Source of the DNA: an uncultured Chloroflexia bacterium
GTDB taxonomy: Bacteria; Chloroflexota; Anaerolineae; CG2-30-64-16
Length of the DNA: 64,000 nucleotides
NCBI GenBank assembly: GCA_963810095.1
Contig: CAWEMM010000011.1
Coordinates: forward strand, 224,001-288,000
Direction: 5' to 3'
A program made the position numbers and the translations under genes. Positions 1 to 12,852 of the stretch are shown here, piece by piece; positions within the stretch are counted from its first letter, which is position 1; each line of letters opens with the position of its first letter. The notes below the pieces were generated by a model, which had not been told where the DNA came from, did no database searches, and saw only the letters and a list, made by a program, of their open reading frames with translations.

Positions 1-380
1 TACTCGCGCCGCTCGTTACGCCAGGTGACGCGGCAGCTCAAGTGCGTGCAGACATTTGAAAGCACCATCACGTTCTGTCCGTCGGTCGTCAACGCATAAG
101 CCACGCCGCTCTGCGAAGACTCCACCCACCCGTCCTTCGAGCGGGTCGAATACGGGAACGCCCGCGGTTCGCCCGGTGTGAGGCTGCTCACGGGCCCGAG
201 GGTAATCCATTGATCTTCGTTCTGCTTCTTGAGGCCCGGGGAAACGAGATAACCGATGGCCGGGATACCGACCATCACGGCCACGGCGGTGGCGACCACG
301 CCGATAATGCCAGACAGGAACTTCCGACGACCGATATCGCCGCCGACCGACTCGGCGCTCACAGAGGTTTCTTCCGACAT
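1..380 (-). CDS. Rieske 2Fe-2S protein (cytochrome bc complex iron-sulfur subunit), runs off left edge
   Basis: Not in ORF track. Manual translation from ATG 380 (AAGGAGG RBS upstream): MSEETSVSAESVGGDIGRRKFLSGIIGVVATAVAVMVGIPAIGY...SNVCTHLSCRVTW. Shows Tat RRxFL, a TM helix and the Rieske box CTHLxC. Confidence 0.9.
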   Translation of the reverse strand, partial: MSEETSVSAESVGGDIGRRKFLSGIIGVVATAVAVMVGIPAIGYLVSPGLKKQNEDQWITLGPVSSLTPGEPRAFPYSTRSKDGWVESSQSGVAYALTTDGQNVMVLSNVCTHLSCRVTWRNERRE

Positions 381-480
381 CCAGATCGCCTCCTTGAGAC
401 GAGGACTGTGCGACTATGCAGGCGGATTATACTCGGTCATGACGCGGGCCGTCAAACAGGAAGGAGAATAGCACACTGAT

Positions 481-580
481 CTGGAATGGGACGCTGATGC
501 AACTGATTGAACTGATCTGCACTGTCCTTTGGGTAAAGATCATAGTCATCAGTCCGATCCGTTCAATCAGTGTCCTATTC
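481..580. repeat. REP-like palindromic element, family A (ACTGAT-rich arms)
   Basis: GGAATGGGACGCTGATGCAACTGATTGAACTGAT...ATCAGTCCGATCCGTTCAATCAGTGTCCTATTC; five further related copies in the window. Confidence 0.85.
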
Positions 581-2479
581 GGGCGTCAGCACCAATGCAG
601 TCCACGCGGGCACGGTGAAGTCCCGCCAATGGCCCTGGACATGGTGCCGGGTGCCCGCCAGTGGATTGCGCCACCAGCCATCAGTCGGGAAGCCGAGCCC
701 CATTTTTTGCGCCACGTTGTCGAAATTGGCCGCAACGACGACCGTGTCTTGTGTGGCCGCGTCCCAGCGCTTGTAGCGCACAACCTTGTAGCGCTTGAAG
801 TCGTCCCAATAATACTCGACCGCGTCCGAGCGGAGCGCGGAGTGCTGCCGGCGCAGCTTCAGAAGGCGCTGCAGGAAGTCGAACTGGCGGTGGCCCTGCG
901 GGCTCTCGAGCTTGGCCCAGTCCAGCGGCCAGAAGTCGATGGTCCGCGGGCAATCGTCGCCGAACTCCTGGCCCGCCAAGAGCATAGGAATGCCGGGCGA
1001 GGTCAGCAATACGGCCAGCCCCAGCCGTGCTTTCAGCAGGGCCAGCTCCCACCGGGACCCCGCCTGCGGGGTGCTGCCGTTCTTCCGCCCGCCGAGCTGG
1101 ACGTGGTCGCGCCAATGCTGGATCTCGTATTCGGGACGCCGCTCGTCGTGGCTCACGATGTAATTCACGACTTCCGTCGCCGTGTCGAAGCCCTGCTTTC
1201 GAAAGCCCCCGAGCACCGCGGGCATATCCTGGAACTCCCACTGCCAGGTTTGAAACAGGCAGTTCTCCATGCCGTGATGGAAGGCCCCATTCCACACCGC
1301 GTCGATCTCGGTCTCGCGCACCAGCTTGGCCGCCGTCTTGGCGGGGTTGGTGCCGTGGATCGGCCAATACTCGCCGATAAGGTAGCAGTCTGGACTGGTC
1401 TCGCGGGCGGCACGCGCAATGGGCGCGATGCCGGAGAAGGGATCAAAGCCCTCTTTCTGCGGCTGGAACGGGTCGTACTCCACGCCGCCCAGCCAATCGA
1501 AGCGGAAGCCGTCGACGTGGTACTCCTGCAGCCAGAAGCGCACGATGTCCTGCATGTACGCCACGGTATACTGCGAGGAGTGCTCCCAGTCCAGACCGCC
1601 CCACGCATTCGCATGGCTGTTGTGATGGTGGTGGAAGAAGGGGTTCAGGTCCTCCAGCATTTCGCCGTTCGGCCCAAACAGTGGGGGATACATCCGGTAA
1701 TAGGGGTGGTCGGGCCAGGCGTGGTTGAAGACCATGTCGAGGACGACGGCGATCCCGCGCTCGTGCGCCGCGTCGACAAGCGCCTTGAGGTCCGCGGGCC
1801 GGCCATAGACCCACTTCGGGGCCATGTAGAAGACCGGGTTGTAACCCCAGGAGCTGTCGCCGGGGAACTCGGTCACCGGCATCAGCTCAATCGCGTTTAC
1901 ACCCAGCTGCACCAGGTGGTCGAGCTTGCCCGCCACGTCGGAGAAGCGCCCGTAGCGCGCTTGCGGACCCGCCTTTTCGCCCGCAAAGTCTCGGACGCAC
2001 AGCTCATACATCGCCAGGTCGCGCAACCGCGGCCTGCGCCAGGGCTCGCCTGAGCGGCCGCAGTCGCGCCAGGCGTAGGGCGGCTCGGCCGCGAAATAGG
2101 CTTTGGGCCCGGCCGCGTCCCACCGTATCTCGCGGGCATAGGGGTCTGCCAGCGTGACCTGCTTGCCGCCGCCATCCATCGTCACGACGAACCGGTAGTG
2201 GGTGGGCCCGGAAAGCCGGACGGTCAGCCAAAACAGGCCGCGGCCGTCGGTCTCCATCGGATGGCTCTTGGGATTCCAGCCGTTGAAGTCGCCGGCCAAT
2301 GCGACGGCAGGCTTGAAAGGTGCGGTCAGATAAAAGGTAACCTGGTCGGGACGAACGGGATCGACGTGCGGGCCGCCGCGCGGGCGGGCCGGCCCGACAG
2401 AAGGCATGTTGGGCGCACCTGGGTTGTGCTGAGGTGAAATGTGCGGCGACGCTGCCGCGGTCGGCTGCAATTGACTCAA
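575..2479 (-). CDS. GH13 alpha-amylase family protein with N-terminal CBM48 (branching enzyme/trehalohydrolase-like)
   Basis: ALAGDFNGW (CBM48), SWGYNP, DMVFNH, DGFRFD, EYW and SHDE motifs; start uncertain (TTG 2479 or ATG 2407). Confidence 0.88.
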   Translation of the reverse strand: MSQLQPTAAASPHISPQHNPGAPNMPSVGPARPRGGPHVDPVRPDQVTFYLTAPFKPAVALAGDFNGWNPKSHPMETDGRGLFWLTVRLSGPTHYRFVVTMDGGGKQVTLADPYAREIRWDAAGPKAYFAAEPPYAWRDCGRSGEPWRRPRLRDLAMYELCVRDFAGEKAGPQARYGRFSDVAGKLDHLVQLGVNAIELMPVTEFPGDSSWGYNPVFYMAPKWVYGRPADLKALVDAAHERGIAVVLDMVFNHAWPDHPYYRMYPPLFGPNGEMLEDLNPFFHHHHNSHANAWGGLDWEHSSQYTVAYMQDIVRFWLQEYHVDGFRFDWLGGVEYDPFQPQKEGFDPFSGIAPIARAARETSPDCYLIGEYWPIHGTNPAKTAAKLVRETEIDAVWNGAFHHGMENCLFQTWQWEFQDMPAVLGGFRKQGFDTATEVVNYIVSHDERRPEYEIQHWRDHVQLGGRKNGSTPQAGSRWELALLKARLGLAVLLTSPGIPMLLAGQEFGDDCPRTIDFWPLDWAKLESPQGHRQFDFLQRLLKLRRQHSALRSDAVEYYWDDFKRYKVVRYKRWDAATQDTVVVAANFDNVAQKMGLGFPTDGWWRNPLAGTRHHVQGHWRDFTVPAWTALVLTPE

Positions 2480-2736
2480 CGAATGGGCCTCGACCGTCCA
2501 ATAAACTGCCTTTCGGCAGCCGTGAAAGCGTTTCCAGCCATTATAGTCCCAGATCGACAGGGCTCAAAGATTTGCCGCGCTGCGTTATCTCCCCACGAAC
2601 GCCCGCGTTCGAGCGTGGCGCAACATGCGCGCCGGGCAGCGAACGACCGCCAACGCGCTGCACGGTTCCGGTGAACCGTGGTACAATGCGCCGGGCCGCG
2701 CAGTTCGTGCACCCAGCTTCAATCCAATGTGAGATC

Positions 2737-3873
2737 ATGCGTCGATTCTGGCCCTTCAGTTTTTACTTCCTCTTTTTTGCCGCACTTGCCGGCTTTGCGC
2801 CCTACGTCGTGCTGTACTGGCAGTCACTCCAGTTCACCGGGCCCGAGATCGGCATCCTGACCTTCATTCCCCCGGTGGTCACGCTTTTCGCCGCGCCGCT
2901 GTGGACCGGTCTTGGCGACGCCCGACACGCGCACCGGTTGTTGATGGCGGTGGCGATTGCCGGGGCAGCGTTCATGGTGGCCCTTCTGCCGTTCATCAAG
3001 ACGTTTCCCGTCGCGCTGCTGGCCGGAACCGTGGGCGCGTTCTTCATGGCGCCTATCGTCGCCATGTCTGACACGGCCACGATGCATATCCTCGTCCAAG
3101 AGGGCCGGCCGCAGATGTACGGGCGTCTCCGTATCGGCGGCAGCTTCGGTTGGGCCATTGCCGCGCCGCTGATCGGCGCGCTGGTCGCCCTGCGCGGCAT
3201 CCCGTGGGCCTTCTGGACTTACGCGGCGGTGATGCTGGTGGCGCTGCTCGTAGCACTGCAACTGCGCTTTCCGGCCCACATCCAGCGGGTCTCCGTATGG
3301 AGCGGGATGCGCAACCTGGTCAGGCAGCGGGAGTGGTTCTTCTTCCTGATGATCGGCCTGGTGACGGGCATGGGGTTTGCGGCGGTGAACAGCTACCTGT
3401 TCGCATACCTGAAGGAACTACAGATCGGGACGGCGCTTGCAGGGATCGCGCTGACGGTCAGCACCATCTCCGAAATCCCCATCATGTTTTACGCCAACCG
3501 CATCCTGGAACGCCTCGGCTCGCGACGGATGCTGCTGCTGTCGGTTGCGATGACGGGCGTGCGGCTACTGCTCTATGCCGTCTTCACCTCGCCCGCCGGG
3601 ATCCTGGTGTTCCAGGTGCTGAACGGCTTCACCTTCCCCATGTATTGGATTGCCGGGGTCGCGTACGCCAACGAGCGCGCGCCCAAGGGCATGCAGGCCA
3701 GCGCGCAGGGCCTCTTTGGCGCCGCGACGACCGGCATCGGTGCGGCGCTGGGCGGGCTGCTCGCCGGCATCCTGCTTGCCAGCGTCGGCGGTCAGGTCAT
3801 GTACGCCGTCTTCGGCCTCATCGTCCTCGGCGGCCTTCTCATCCTGACGACGCTGGATCGCAGACATAAATAG
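2737..3873 (+). CDS. MFS transporter (MFS_1-like, sugar permease type)
   Basis: About 12 hydrophobic segments, YGRLRIGGSFGW motif; ATG 2737 downstream of TGGTACAAT; divergent from the GH13 gene. Confidence 0.85.
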   Translation: MRRFWPFSFYFLFFAALAGFAPYVVLYWQSLQFTGPEIGILTFIPPVVTLFAAPLWTGLGDARHAHRLLMAVAIAGAAFMVALLPFIKTFPVALLAGTVGAFFMAPIVAMSDTATMHILVQEGRPQMYGRLRIGGSFGWAIAAPLIGALVALRGIPWAFWTYAAVMLVALLVALQLRFPAHIQRVSVWSGMRNLVRQREWFFFLMIGLVTGMGFAAVNSYLFAYLKELQIGTALAGIALTVSTISEIPIMFYANRILERLGSRRMLLLSVAMTGVRLLLYAVFTSPAGILVFQVLNGFTFPMYWIAGVAYANERAPKGMQASAQGLFGAATTGIGAALGGLLAGILLASVGGQVMYAVFGLIVLGGLLILTTLDRRHK

Positions 3874-3970
3874 GACGCAGATCGAACTGATCGAACTGAT
3901 GACCCTGATCACGAAAGAGATCAGGAGAATCAGACTGATCAGCGTGATCGGTTCAATCTGCGTCCCATTC
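3868..3970. repeat. REP-like family A copy
   Basis: AAATAGGACGCAGATCGAACTGATCGAACTGAT...ATCGGTTCAATCTGCGTCCCATTC; contains the MFS stop codon; lies between convergent genes. Confidence 0.85.
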
Positions 3971-3974
3971 GGCC

Positions 3975-5219
3975 CTACAGCCGAGCGATCACCTCGGTCG
4001 CGAACTCCGACGTCTTCACCTCGCGCGCGCCGTCCATCTGGCGGGCGAAGTCATAGGTGACGATCTTGTCGGCCACGGTCTTGGTGTACGCCTCGATTAC
4101 CGCTTCGGCCGCCTCTTCCCAGCCGATGTAGTCCAGCATCATCACGCCCGACAGCAGCAGGCTGCCCGGATTCATCTTGTCCAGGTTCGTGTACTTGGGC
4201 GCGGTGCCGTGCGTGGCCTCGAACATGGCCATCGAGTCGCCGATGTTGGCGCCCGGCGCGATGCCCACCCCACCGACCTCGGCTGCGACCGCGTCGCTCA
4301 AGTAATCGCCGTTCAGGTTCGGGGTCGCCACGACGTCGTACTCGGCGGGGCGCAGGAGCATCTGCTGGAACATGATGTCGGCGATCCGGTCCTTGACGAG
4401 GATCTTGTCGCTCGGCTGCTTCCCGTCGTACTCGTCCCACAACTGCTGCTCCGTGATCGTCACGTCGCCAAACTCGTCCCGCGCCAGCTCGTAACCCCAC
4501 TGCATGAACGCGCCCTCGGTAAACTTCTGGATGTTCCCCTTGTGGACGAGGGTCACGCTGCGCTTGTGCTTCTGGATCGCGTACTCGAAGGCCTTGCGGA
4601 CCAGGCGCTTGGACGCAAACGCACTGATCGGCTTGATGCCGATTCCCGAATCCGGCCAGAACTTTGCGCCCATCTCGTCCTTCAGGAAGCGCTCGACCTT
4701 CTGCGCCTCGGGCGAGCCGGCCTTGTACTCGACCCCCGCGTAGACGTCCTCCGTGTTCTCCCGGAACACGACAATATCCACGAGCTCCGGGTGGCGCAGC
4801 GGGCTGGGCACGCCGGGGAACCACCGCACCGGCCGCACACACGCGTACAGGTCGAGTTCCTGGCGCAGGGCAACGTTGAGGCTGCGGAAACCGCCGCCGA
4901 CCGGCGTGGTCAGCGGGCCCTTGATGCCCACCTGGAACTCGCGGATCGCCTCCAGGCTCTCGGCCGGAAAGTAATCCCCCCCGAAGATCCCCGCGGCCTT
5001 CTCGCCCGCATAGATCTCCATCCACGAAATGCGCCGCTGCCCGCCATACACCTTCTGGACCGCCGCGTTCCAGATGCGGAGCGAAGCGCGCATAATGTCG
5101 GGGCCGATCCCGTCGCCCTCGATCCACAACAGGATAGGGTTATCCGGCACATGCAGCTTGCCTTCACGCACGGAGATGCGCTCGCCGTCGGGGGGAACTA
5201 CGATCTTCGAAAACGCCAT
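3975..5219 (-). CDS. icd: NADP-dependent isocitrate dehydrogenase
   Basis: [56 protein letters not shown]. Confidence 0.97.
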   Translation of the reverse strand: MAFSKIVVPPDGERISVREGKLHVPDNPILLWIEGDGIGPDIMRASLRIWNAAVQKVYGGQRRISWMEIYAGEKAAGIFGGDYFPAESLEAIREFQVGIKGPLTTPVGGGFRSLNVALRQELDLYACVRPVRWFPGVPSPLRHPELVDIVVFRENTEDVYAGVEYKAGSPEAQKVERFLKDEMGAKFWPDSGIGIKPISAFASKRLVRKAFEYAIQKHKRSVTLVHKGNIQKFTEGAFMQWGYELARDEFGDVTITEQQLWDEYDGKQPSDKILVKDRIADIMFQQMLLRPAEYDVVATPNLNGDYLSDAVAAEVGGVGIAPGANIGDSMAMFEATHGTAPKYTNLDKMNPGSLLLSGVMMLDYIGWEEAAEAVIEAYTKTVADKIVTYDFARQMDGAREVKTSEFATEVIARL

Positions 5220-5274
5220 TATGTCACCTCGCCCTGAAAGGACCTTCGGGGGTTTCGCCCCCGAAGGTCTGCAT

Positions 5275-7959
<2,685 letters not shown>

Positions 7960-8127
7960 GCTCACACTCCTTTGGTCAAGGCGATCCATCCGGATCACCC
8001 CCACTCAACGCGAAACACGCGAGCCGTCGCATACCAGGGAGGTGCGGGTGCTCGCGTGCCGCGACCGGGGGACAAACAGACTCTCCAGACCCCACAAGCA
8101 GGCACTTGTGCGGTCAAGTCGAGGGCG

Positions 8128-8157
8128 ATTATACCGCGCTGAAAGAACGGGTGTCAA
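8128..8157 (-). promoter_or_regulatory. sigma70-type promoter of acnA-icd
   Basis: Minus strand TTGACA-18 nt-TATAAT. Confidence 0.75.
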
Positions 8158-8324
8158 CCCAAATGCGTGCAAATCCGGCAATGCTGCGAGTCCGGCGATG
8201 GTGCAAATCCGGGAATAGGGAATGTGTCTTGCGGCTTACTGTACCCTCGGGCATTAGGTGGTCATGTGAGCTTGGCGACAGTTGCCCTGTTCCCCCCATC
8301 AACCCAACGCCCGAGGTGCAGAAG

Positions 8325-8822
8325 ATGTCCGTCCTCACCGACTACACGACCGAAGAACAGCGCTTGCTGATGCAGGGCCCCCGGCTCGGCGCCATTGTGA
8401 TATCGGCGGCCAGCCCGGGCCGCTCGGCCGAGACCGCGGCCAAGGGTTATGCCGCGATCAGTTACGCGGCGACCGAGCGCCGCGAATTCCTCGGCAACAC
8501 CCTCATCAATTCGATCCTTTACGAGCTGAACGAGCTGACCAAGGCCGACTGGAAGTTCGCCGACTACAACAAGCTGGCGACCGAGGCCGGGGCTGAGGAC
8601 CGTTCGCTCGCGCAGTTGGGCCAGATCGCCGACCTGCTGGACGCCAAGTCGGACCCGGCCGAGGCGGCAGGGTACAAGCAGTGGGTGATGAACGCGGCCG
8701 TGGCGGCGAGTGAGGCCGGCAAAGAGGGCGGCAACTTCCTGGGCTGGGGCGCAGTCCAGGTGAACGACGCGGAACGGGCCGCGCTCGGGCAGATCGCCGC
8801 GGTGCTGCGGTTGCCCGCCTGA
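8325..8822 (+). CDS. hypothetical protein
   Basis: GAGG RBS, ATG 8325, strong GC3 codon bias; C-terminal ASEAGKEGGNFLGWGAVQVNDAE. Confidence 0.75.
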   Translation: MSVLTDYTTEEQRLLMQGPRLGAIVISAASPGRSAETAAKGYAAISYAATERREFLGNTLINSILYELNELTKADWKFADYNKLATEAGAEDRSLAQLGQIADLLDAKSDPAEAAGYKQWVMNAAVAASEAGKEGGNFLGWGAVQVNDAERAALGQIAAVLRLPA

Positions 8823-8882
8823 CGGTCAGCGGCAGCGGCGCCGGCTGGGTGTTGGCGTGCCAACACCCAGCCGGCGTTGGCT

Positions 8883-9323
8883 TCAGAACAACTCTTCGGC
8901 CAGCGCGACGATGATGCCCGCCGGGCCGCGCATGTAGCAGAGCCGGTACAGGTCCTCGTACTGGGCCACCTCGCCCATCAGTTCGCCGCCGTGCTCGCGC
9001 AGCCGCGCCACCGCCTCGTCCACGCTGTCCACGGCAAACATGACACTCCGCAGGCCGAGCGCGTTCGGCGGCGCGATGGCCGGTTCCAGCGCGACCAGCT
9101 TGGGATGGCGGAATCTCGTCACTTCCAGCTTCCCGTGTCCGTCCGGGGTGCGCAGCATCACGATGTCGACCTGCACGTCCGCGATCCCGTTCACGCGGTC
9201 CACCCACGGGCCCTCGACCGGCATTTGGTCTTCGACCGTCATGCCGAGCGCGGTGAAGAAAGCCACCGCGGCCGCCAGGTCGTCGACGACGACACTGATG
9301 TGATCCAGTCTTTTGATTTTCAT
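8883..9323 (-). CDS. VOC/glyoxalase family protein
   Basis: LDHISVVVDDLAAAVAFF...LCYMRGPAGIIVALAE. Confidence 0.88.
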   Translation of the reverse strand: MKIKRLDHISVVVDDLAAAVAFFTALGMTVEDQMPVEGPWVDRVNGIADVQVDIVMLRTPDGHGKLEVTRFRHPKLVALEPAIAPPNALGLRSVMFAVDSVDEAVARLREHGGELMGEVAQYEDLYRLCYMRGPAGIIVALAEELF

Positions 9324-9432
9324 GCTGCCAGTATAGCACAAGCGACGCGCAATAACGCAGACTAGCCCTTCTCGCCCTTAGCACCGTCTCGCGCCAAGCG
9401 TGCGGTGCAAGATCTCGCGCAACGGGAGGCGC

Positions 9433-9557
9433 TTTGGAACGCTAAGACGCGAAGGTGGACGAAGATCGGGAAGCGCGAGGTGCGCGAAGAACGCACGACC
9501 GGGCGGGAGCCTTCGTGCTTCGCGTCTTCAGCGCGCTTCGCGGCTTCGTGTTCCAAA
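9433..9557. repeat. REP-like palindrome, CGCGAAG family
   Basis: TTTGGAACGCTAAGACGCGAAG...CTTCGCGGCTTCGTGTTCCAAA; the same termini recur near 29870 and 39696. Confidence 0.65.
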
Positions 9558-9621
9558 CCGTCTCGCGCAGAACCGGTCTTGACAACTGCGCCTGATCATC
9601 GCAGAAGTCCTCGGCCGCCCC

Positions 9622-10191
9622 CTACACGCCCTTCTCCACCACCACCCACACCGCCAGCGGATCGTCCGCGTGCACCGTCACCCGCGCGCCGCGGCCCTCA
9701 AACAGCCGGCGCAGCCCTGCGGGCCGGTAGAAGTGGCTGCCCATCAGCAGCAGCTTCTCGCCCAGTGCCACCAGCTTAACGGGCAGGCGCTCGTAGTTCA
9801 TCTCCTCGACCACCAGCCGGCCGCCCGCCGCCACCACCCGCAGCAGCTCGCCCGCGGCCTGCTCGTGCTGACCGAAGTGGTGGAACGCATCGACCACCAA
9901 CACCCGGTCGAAGCAGCCGTCGGGGAATGGCAGCCGCTCGGCATGGGCGCACGCGGGAGCGAGGCCCGGCTTGGCCCTGGCCCCGTCGAGCATGCCACGC
10001 GACGCGTCCGCGACGACGACCTTGCCCACGTCGCCCGCCAGCAGCTCGGCAATCCGCCCCGTGCCGCCCCCCACGTCGAGCAGGCGGCCGGCGGGCAGCG
10101 CCAGCAGCTGGCGCAGCCGCGCGGGGTCGGGCCGCGCAAAGATGCGGTCGTAATAGGGCGCGATCAGGCCGAAGTGATCGAGATGGGGCAT
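9622..10191 (-). CDS. class I SAM-dependent methyltransferase (UbiE-like)
   Basis: LLDVGGGTG, AERLPFPDGCFD, DAFHH. Confidence 0.9.
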   Translation of the reverse strand: MPHLDHFGLIAPYYDRIFARPDPARLRQLLALPAGRLLDVGGGTGRIAELLAGDVGKVVVADASRGMLDGARAKPGLAPACAHAERLPFPDGCFDRVLVVDAFHHFGQHEQAAGELLRVVAAGGRLVVEEMNYERLPVKLVALGEKLLLMGSHFYRPAGLRRLFEGRGARVTVHADDPLAVWVVVEKGV

Positions 10192-10287
10192 GGTGGTTTT
10201 CCTCTCAATGTCTGGCAGGGGCCTGCCCCCGCCGCCCCTGTTTCCTCTTAACCCTTTTGGCGGGGGCGAGCCGCCCCCGCCACCCCG

Positions 10288-10527
10288 GCTTCAGGGGCTT
10301 CGCCCCCGAAACCCCCAAAGGCTACGCTCCTGGCCCATTTAGCGGCAAGCGTCGACCACGCCTCCATGACGCCGGTGGACCGATCAAACTGCGCGCCCCA
10401 CAATGCTGCTGCCGCGGAGACGTTTCGCTGTCACCCCGACAAGGTCTGCACACAACGCTTGACTCACCCCACGAATGACCCTTCCCCCACGTACCATTGG
10501 GGGTTTCGGGGGCGAAGCCCCTGAAGC
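10288..10527. mobile_element. MITE-like element with perfect 31-bp terminal inverted repeats
   Basis: GCTTCAGGGGCTTCGCCCCCGAAACCCCCAA (10288-10318) and its exact reverse complement (10497-10527); no transposase. Confidence 0.5.
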
Positions 10528-10532
10528 GGGGG

Positions 10533-10601
10533 CGCCGGGGGCCAGAGGTCCCCGGCAAAGTGAACACCTAGCCACGCCGGGGGCCAGAGGTCCCCGGCAA
10601 A
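10533..10601. repeat. 27-bp direct repeat (hairpin-forming), two copies
   Basis: CGCCGGGGGCCAGAGGTCCCCGGCAAA at 10533-10559 and 10575-10601. Confidence 0.85.
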
Positions 10602-10617
10602 AGAAAGCACCCTCATC

Positions 10618-11931
10618 TCAAGCGCTTGACTCCGCCGCCGGCCCGCTGCCATCCAGCGGCCCAAGCAGCACCTTGTCGACCCGCCGGCCGTCCATGTCCA
10701 TCACCTCGAAGCGGAAGCCGCTCCACTCGAACGCGTCCGCCGGCGCCGGGATGTGCCCCAGCTGCGCCATGATGAACCCGCCGAGCGTCTCGAACGTGTT
10801 TTCCGCCTCGCCCGGCAGCTGCGCCAGGTCGAACAACTCGCGGAAGTCGGCGACGGGCAGCCCGCCGTCGAGCAGCCACGTCCCATCCTCGCGGCGCACC
10901 GCCCGCGCCGAGTCGGCCTCGGTCGTCCCGATGACGTCGCCCACCACGGCCTCGAGCAGGTCGTGCACCGTCACCAGGCCCTGCGTGCCCCCGTACTCGT
11001 CGACCACCACCGCGACGTGCTGGCCGCTCGTGTAGAAAGAGTCGAGCAATTCGACCGCGGCCAGGGTCTCGGGCACGAACAGCGGCGGCCGCATGAGCGC
11101 GCCCAGGTCGGGCTCGGCGCCGGCGAGCGCGGCCGCCAGCAGCTGCTGCGCCTCCACGATGCCCAACACGTTGTCCAGGCGGCCGTCGCAGACAAGATAG
11201 CGGGAATGCCCGAAACGGGCGATGGTGTCGCGGGTCTCGGCCATGCCGCCCGCAATGTCGAGCCAGGCGATTTCCATGCGCGGGGTCATCAGCACGCCCA
11301 CCCGCCGCTCGGCCAGCCGGAACACGCTCTGCGCCACTTCGCTCTCGGTGGCCGAGAGCACGCCGGCCTGCGCGCCCTGTTCGAGCATCACTTCGATCTC
11401 AGCCTGGGTGACCGCGGGCTCGCCATCGGCTTGCACCCGCAAGAGGCGAAAGATCAGGTTGCTCGTCGCGGTCAGGAGCCACACCAGGGGGCGCACGATC
11501 GTCGTCAGCACCCGCATGGGCCGGACCGCACGCATGGCGATGTTCTCCGGCGCGTTGAGGCCGAGCCGCTTGGGCACCAGCTCGCCGATCACCAGCGAAA
11601 AGAAGGTGATGGTTGCGACGACGATGGCGACCGCGAGCGCGTTGGCATAGGGCGCCAGCGCGGGAATGGTCGCCAGTCGGGCCGCCAGCGGGTTGCTGAG
11701 CGTCGCGCCGCCGAACGCGCCGGCGAGGATCCCGATGAGCGTAATGCCGATCTGCACCGTCGAGAGGAACTCGTCGGGCGCCTCCGCCATCTTGAGCGCG
11801 GCCGCGGCGCGTGGGTCGCCCGCATCCGCCCGCTGTTGCAGTCGGGCCTTGCGCGCCGAAACCACGGCGATCTCGGCCATCGAGAAGGCACCGTTTGCCA
11901 GTAATAGAACGAAAATAATCAGGACTTGCAC
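10618..11931 (-). CDS. hemolysin family / CNNM (DUF21-CBS-CorC) transporter
   Basis: NGAFSMAEIAVVS, FLSTVQIGIT, GELVPK, VVDEYGG, ETLGG. Confidence 0.93.
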   Translation of the reverse strand: MQVLIIFVLLLANGAFSMAEIAVVSARKARLQQRADAGDPRAAAALKMAEAPDEFLSTVQIGITLIGILAGAFGGATLSNPLAARLATIPALAPYANALAVAIVVATITFFSLVIGELVPKRLGLNAPENIAMRAVRPMRVLTTIVRPLVWLLTATSNLIFRLLRVQADGEPAVTQAEIEVMLEQGAQAGVLSATESEVAQSVFRLAERRVGVLMTPRMEIAWLDIAGGMAETRDTIARFGHSRYLVCDGRLDNVLGIVEAQQLLAAALAGAEPDLGALMRPPLFVPETLAAVELLDSFYTSGQHVAVVVDEYGGTQGLVTVHDLLEAVVGDVIGTTEADSARAVRREDGTWLLDGGLPVADFRELFDLAQLPGEAENTFETLGGFIMAQLGHIPAPADAFEWSGFRFEVMDMDGRRVDKVLLGPLDGSGPAAESSA

Positions 11932-12154
11932 CCGTCACCCTGCGCGAGTCGATGCGCCGCCACTCAAGCGGCCGCGGCCAACTGGACCAGTGTAGCCCAC
12001 GGCGATGGCCGTGACTGTGGCACGCCTGACCAATCGCCACGCACGGCCCGGATCACGGCCGGGCCGCCGCCCCCGCATCAAAAAACCAGGTTGCTCGCAC
12101 GCCGGGCGAAGCTGGCGCAGAGTCCTGGTTTTGACGATGTGCTCCAAATCGAAA

Positions 12155-12186
12155 GGAACCAGGTCTCCCGAGGAAACCTGGTTCCC
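12155..12186. repeat. short palindromic repeat, family C (AGAAACC(A/G)GGTTTCT-like)
   Basis: GGAACCAGGTCTCCCGAGGAAACCTGGTTCCC. Confidence 0.6.
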
Positions 12187-12222
12187 GCCCACGATCCAGT
12201 CAATCCGTTACGAAGGCAACGG

Positions 12223-12711
12223 TCAGCTCCGCTCGCCCAGCCAGCGGTCGACCATGAAGAGGCTCGCGCCCTGCGTCCCAACGCTCTTCAGCGCGTCGAC
12301 GATCATGGTGGCGTTCTTTTCCTCTTCCACCTGCTCAGAGACGAACCACTGGAGCTCGATCTGGCTGGCGTAGTCGTTTTCCTTGAGCGCGATCTCGTAG
12401 AGCCGGTTGATGAGCCCGGTCACCTTGCCCTCGTGCTCCTTGACCTGCTCAAACACGTCGAGCAGCGAAGTGTACTCGCCCGCGGGCTGGGGGATAGCCT
12501 GGAGGGTGACCTTGGCGCCGCGGTCGTGGATGTAGCCGTACAGCTTCATCGCGTGCCCCGCCTCTTCGTGGGCCTGCTTGCCCAGCCACTTGGCCGCGCC
12601 GGGCATATTGTTCGATTCGGCCCAGGCCGACATCGCCAGGTAAAAGTAAGCCGAATAGAATTCGTGCTTGATCTGATCGTTCAGTGCCGTCAGCAGGTTA
12701 TTGCTCAGCAT
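12223..12711 (-). CDS. ftnA: non-heme ferritin
   Basis: LNDQIKHEFYSAYFYLAM, QAHEEAGHAMK, LQWFVSEQVEEE ferroxidase motifs. Confidence 0.95.
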   Translation of the reverse strand: MLSNNLLTALNDQIKHEFYSAYFYLAMSAWAESNNMPGAAKWLGKQAHEEAGHAMKLYGYIHDRGAKVTLQAIPQPAGEYTSLLDVFEQVKEHEGKVTGLINRLYEIALKENDYASQIELQWFVSEQVEEEKNATMIVDALKSVGTQGASLFMVDRWLGERS

Positions 12712-12852
12712 GGGGACTCTCCTCGAATCGGGTTAGTGGAATCAACGACAAGATTCTACTACAGAGCGTACTATCAGGCAACTATGTGCGCGCATCAGAG
12801 CAGAGCGAGGACGACGGTAGTGCGCTCGCAGTGTCTCTCGTGATCTCTACCC

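Noticed and set aside
210-479. Plus-strand small ORFs at the window start
   Set aside because: They overlap the well-supported minus-strand Rieske gene.
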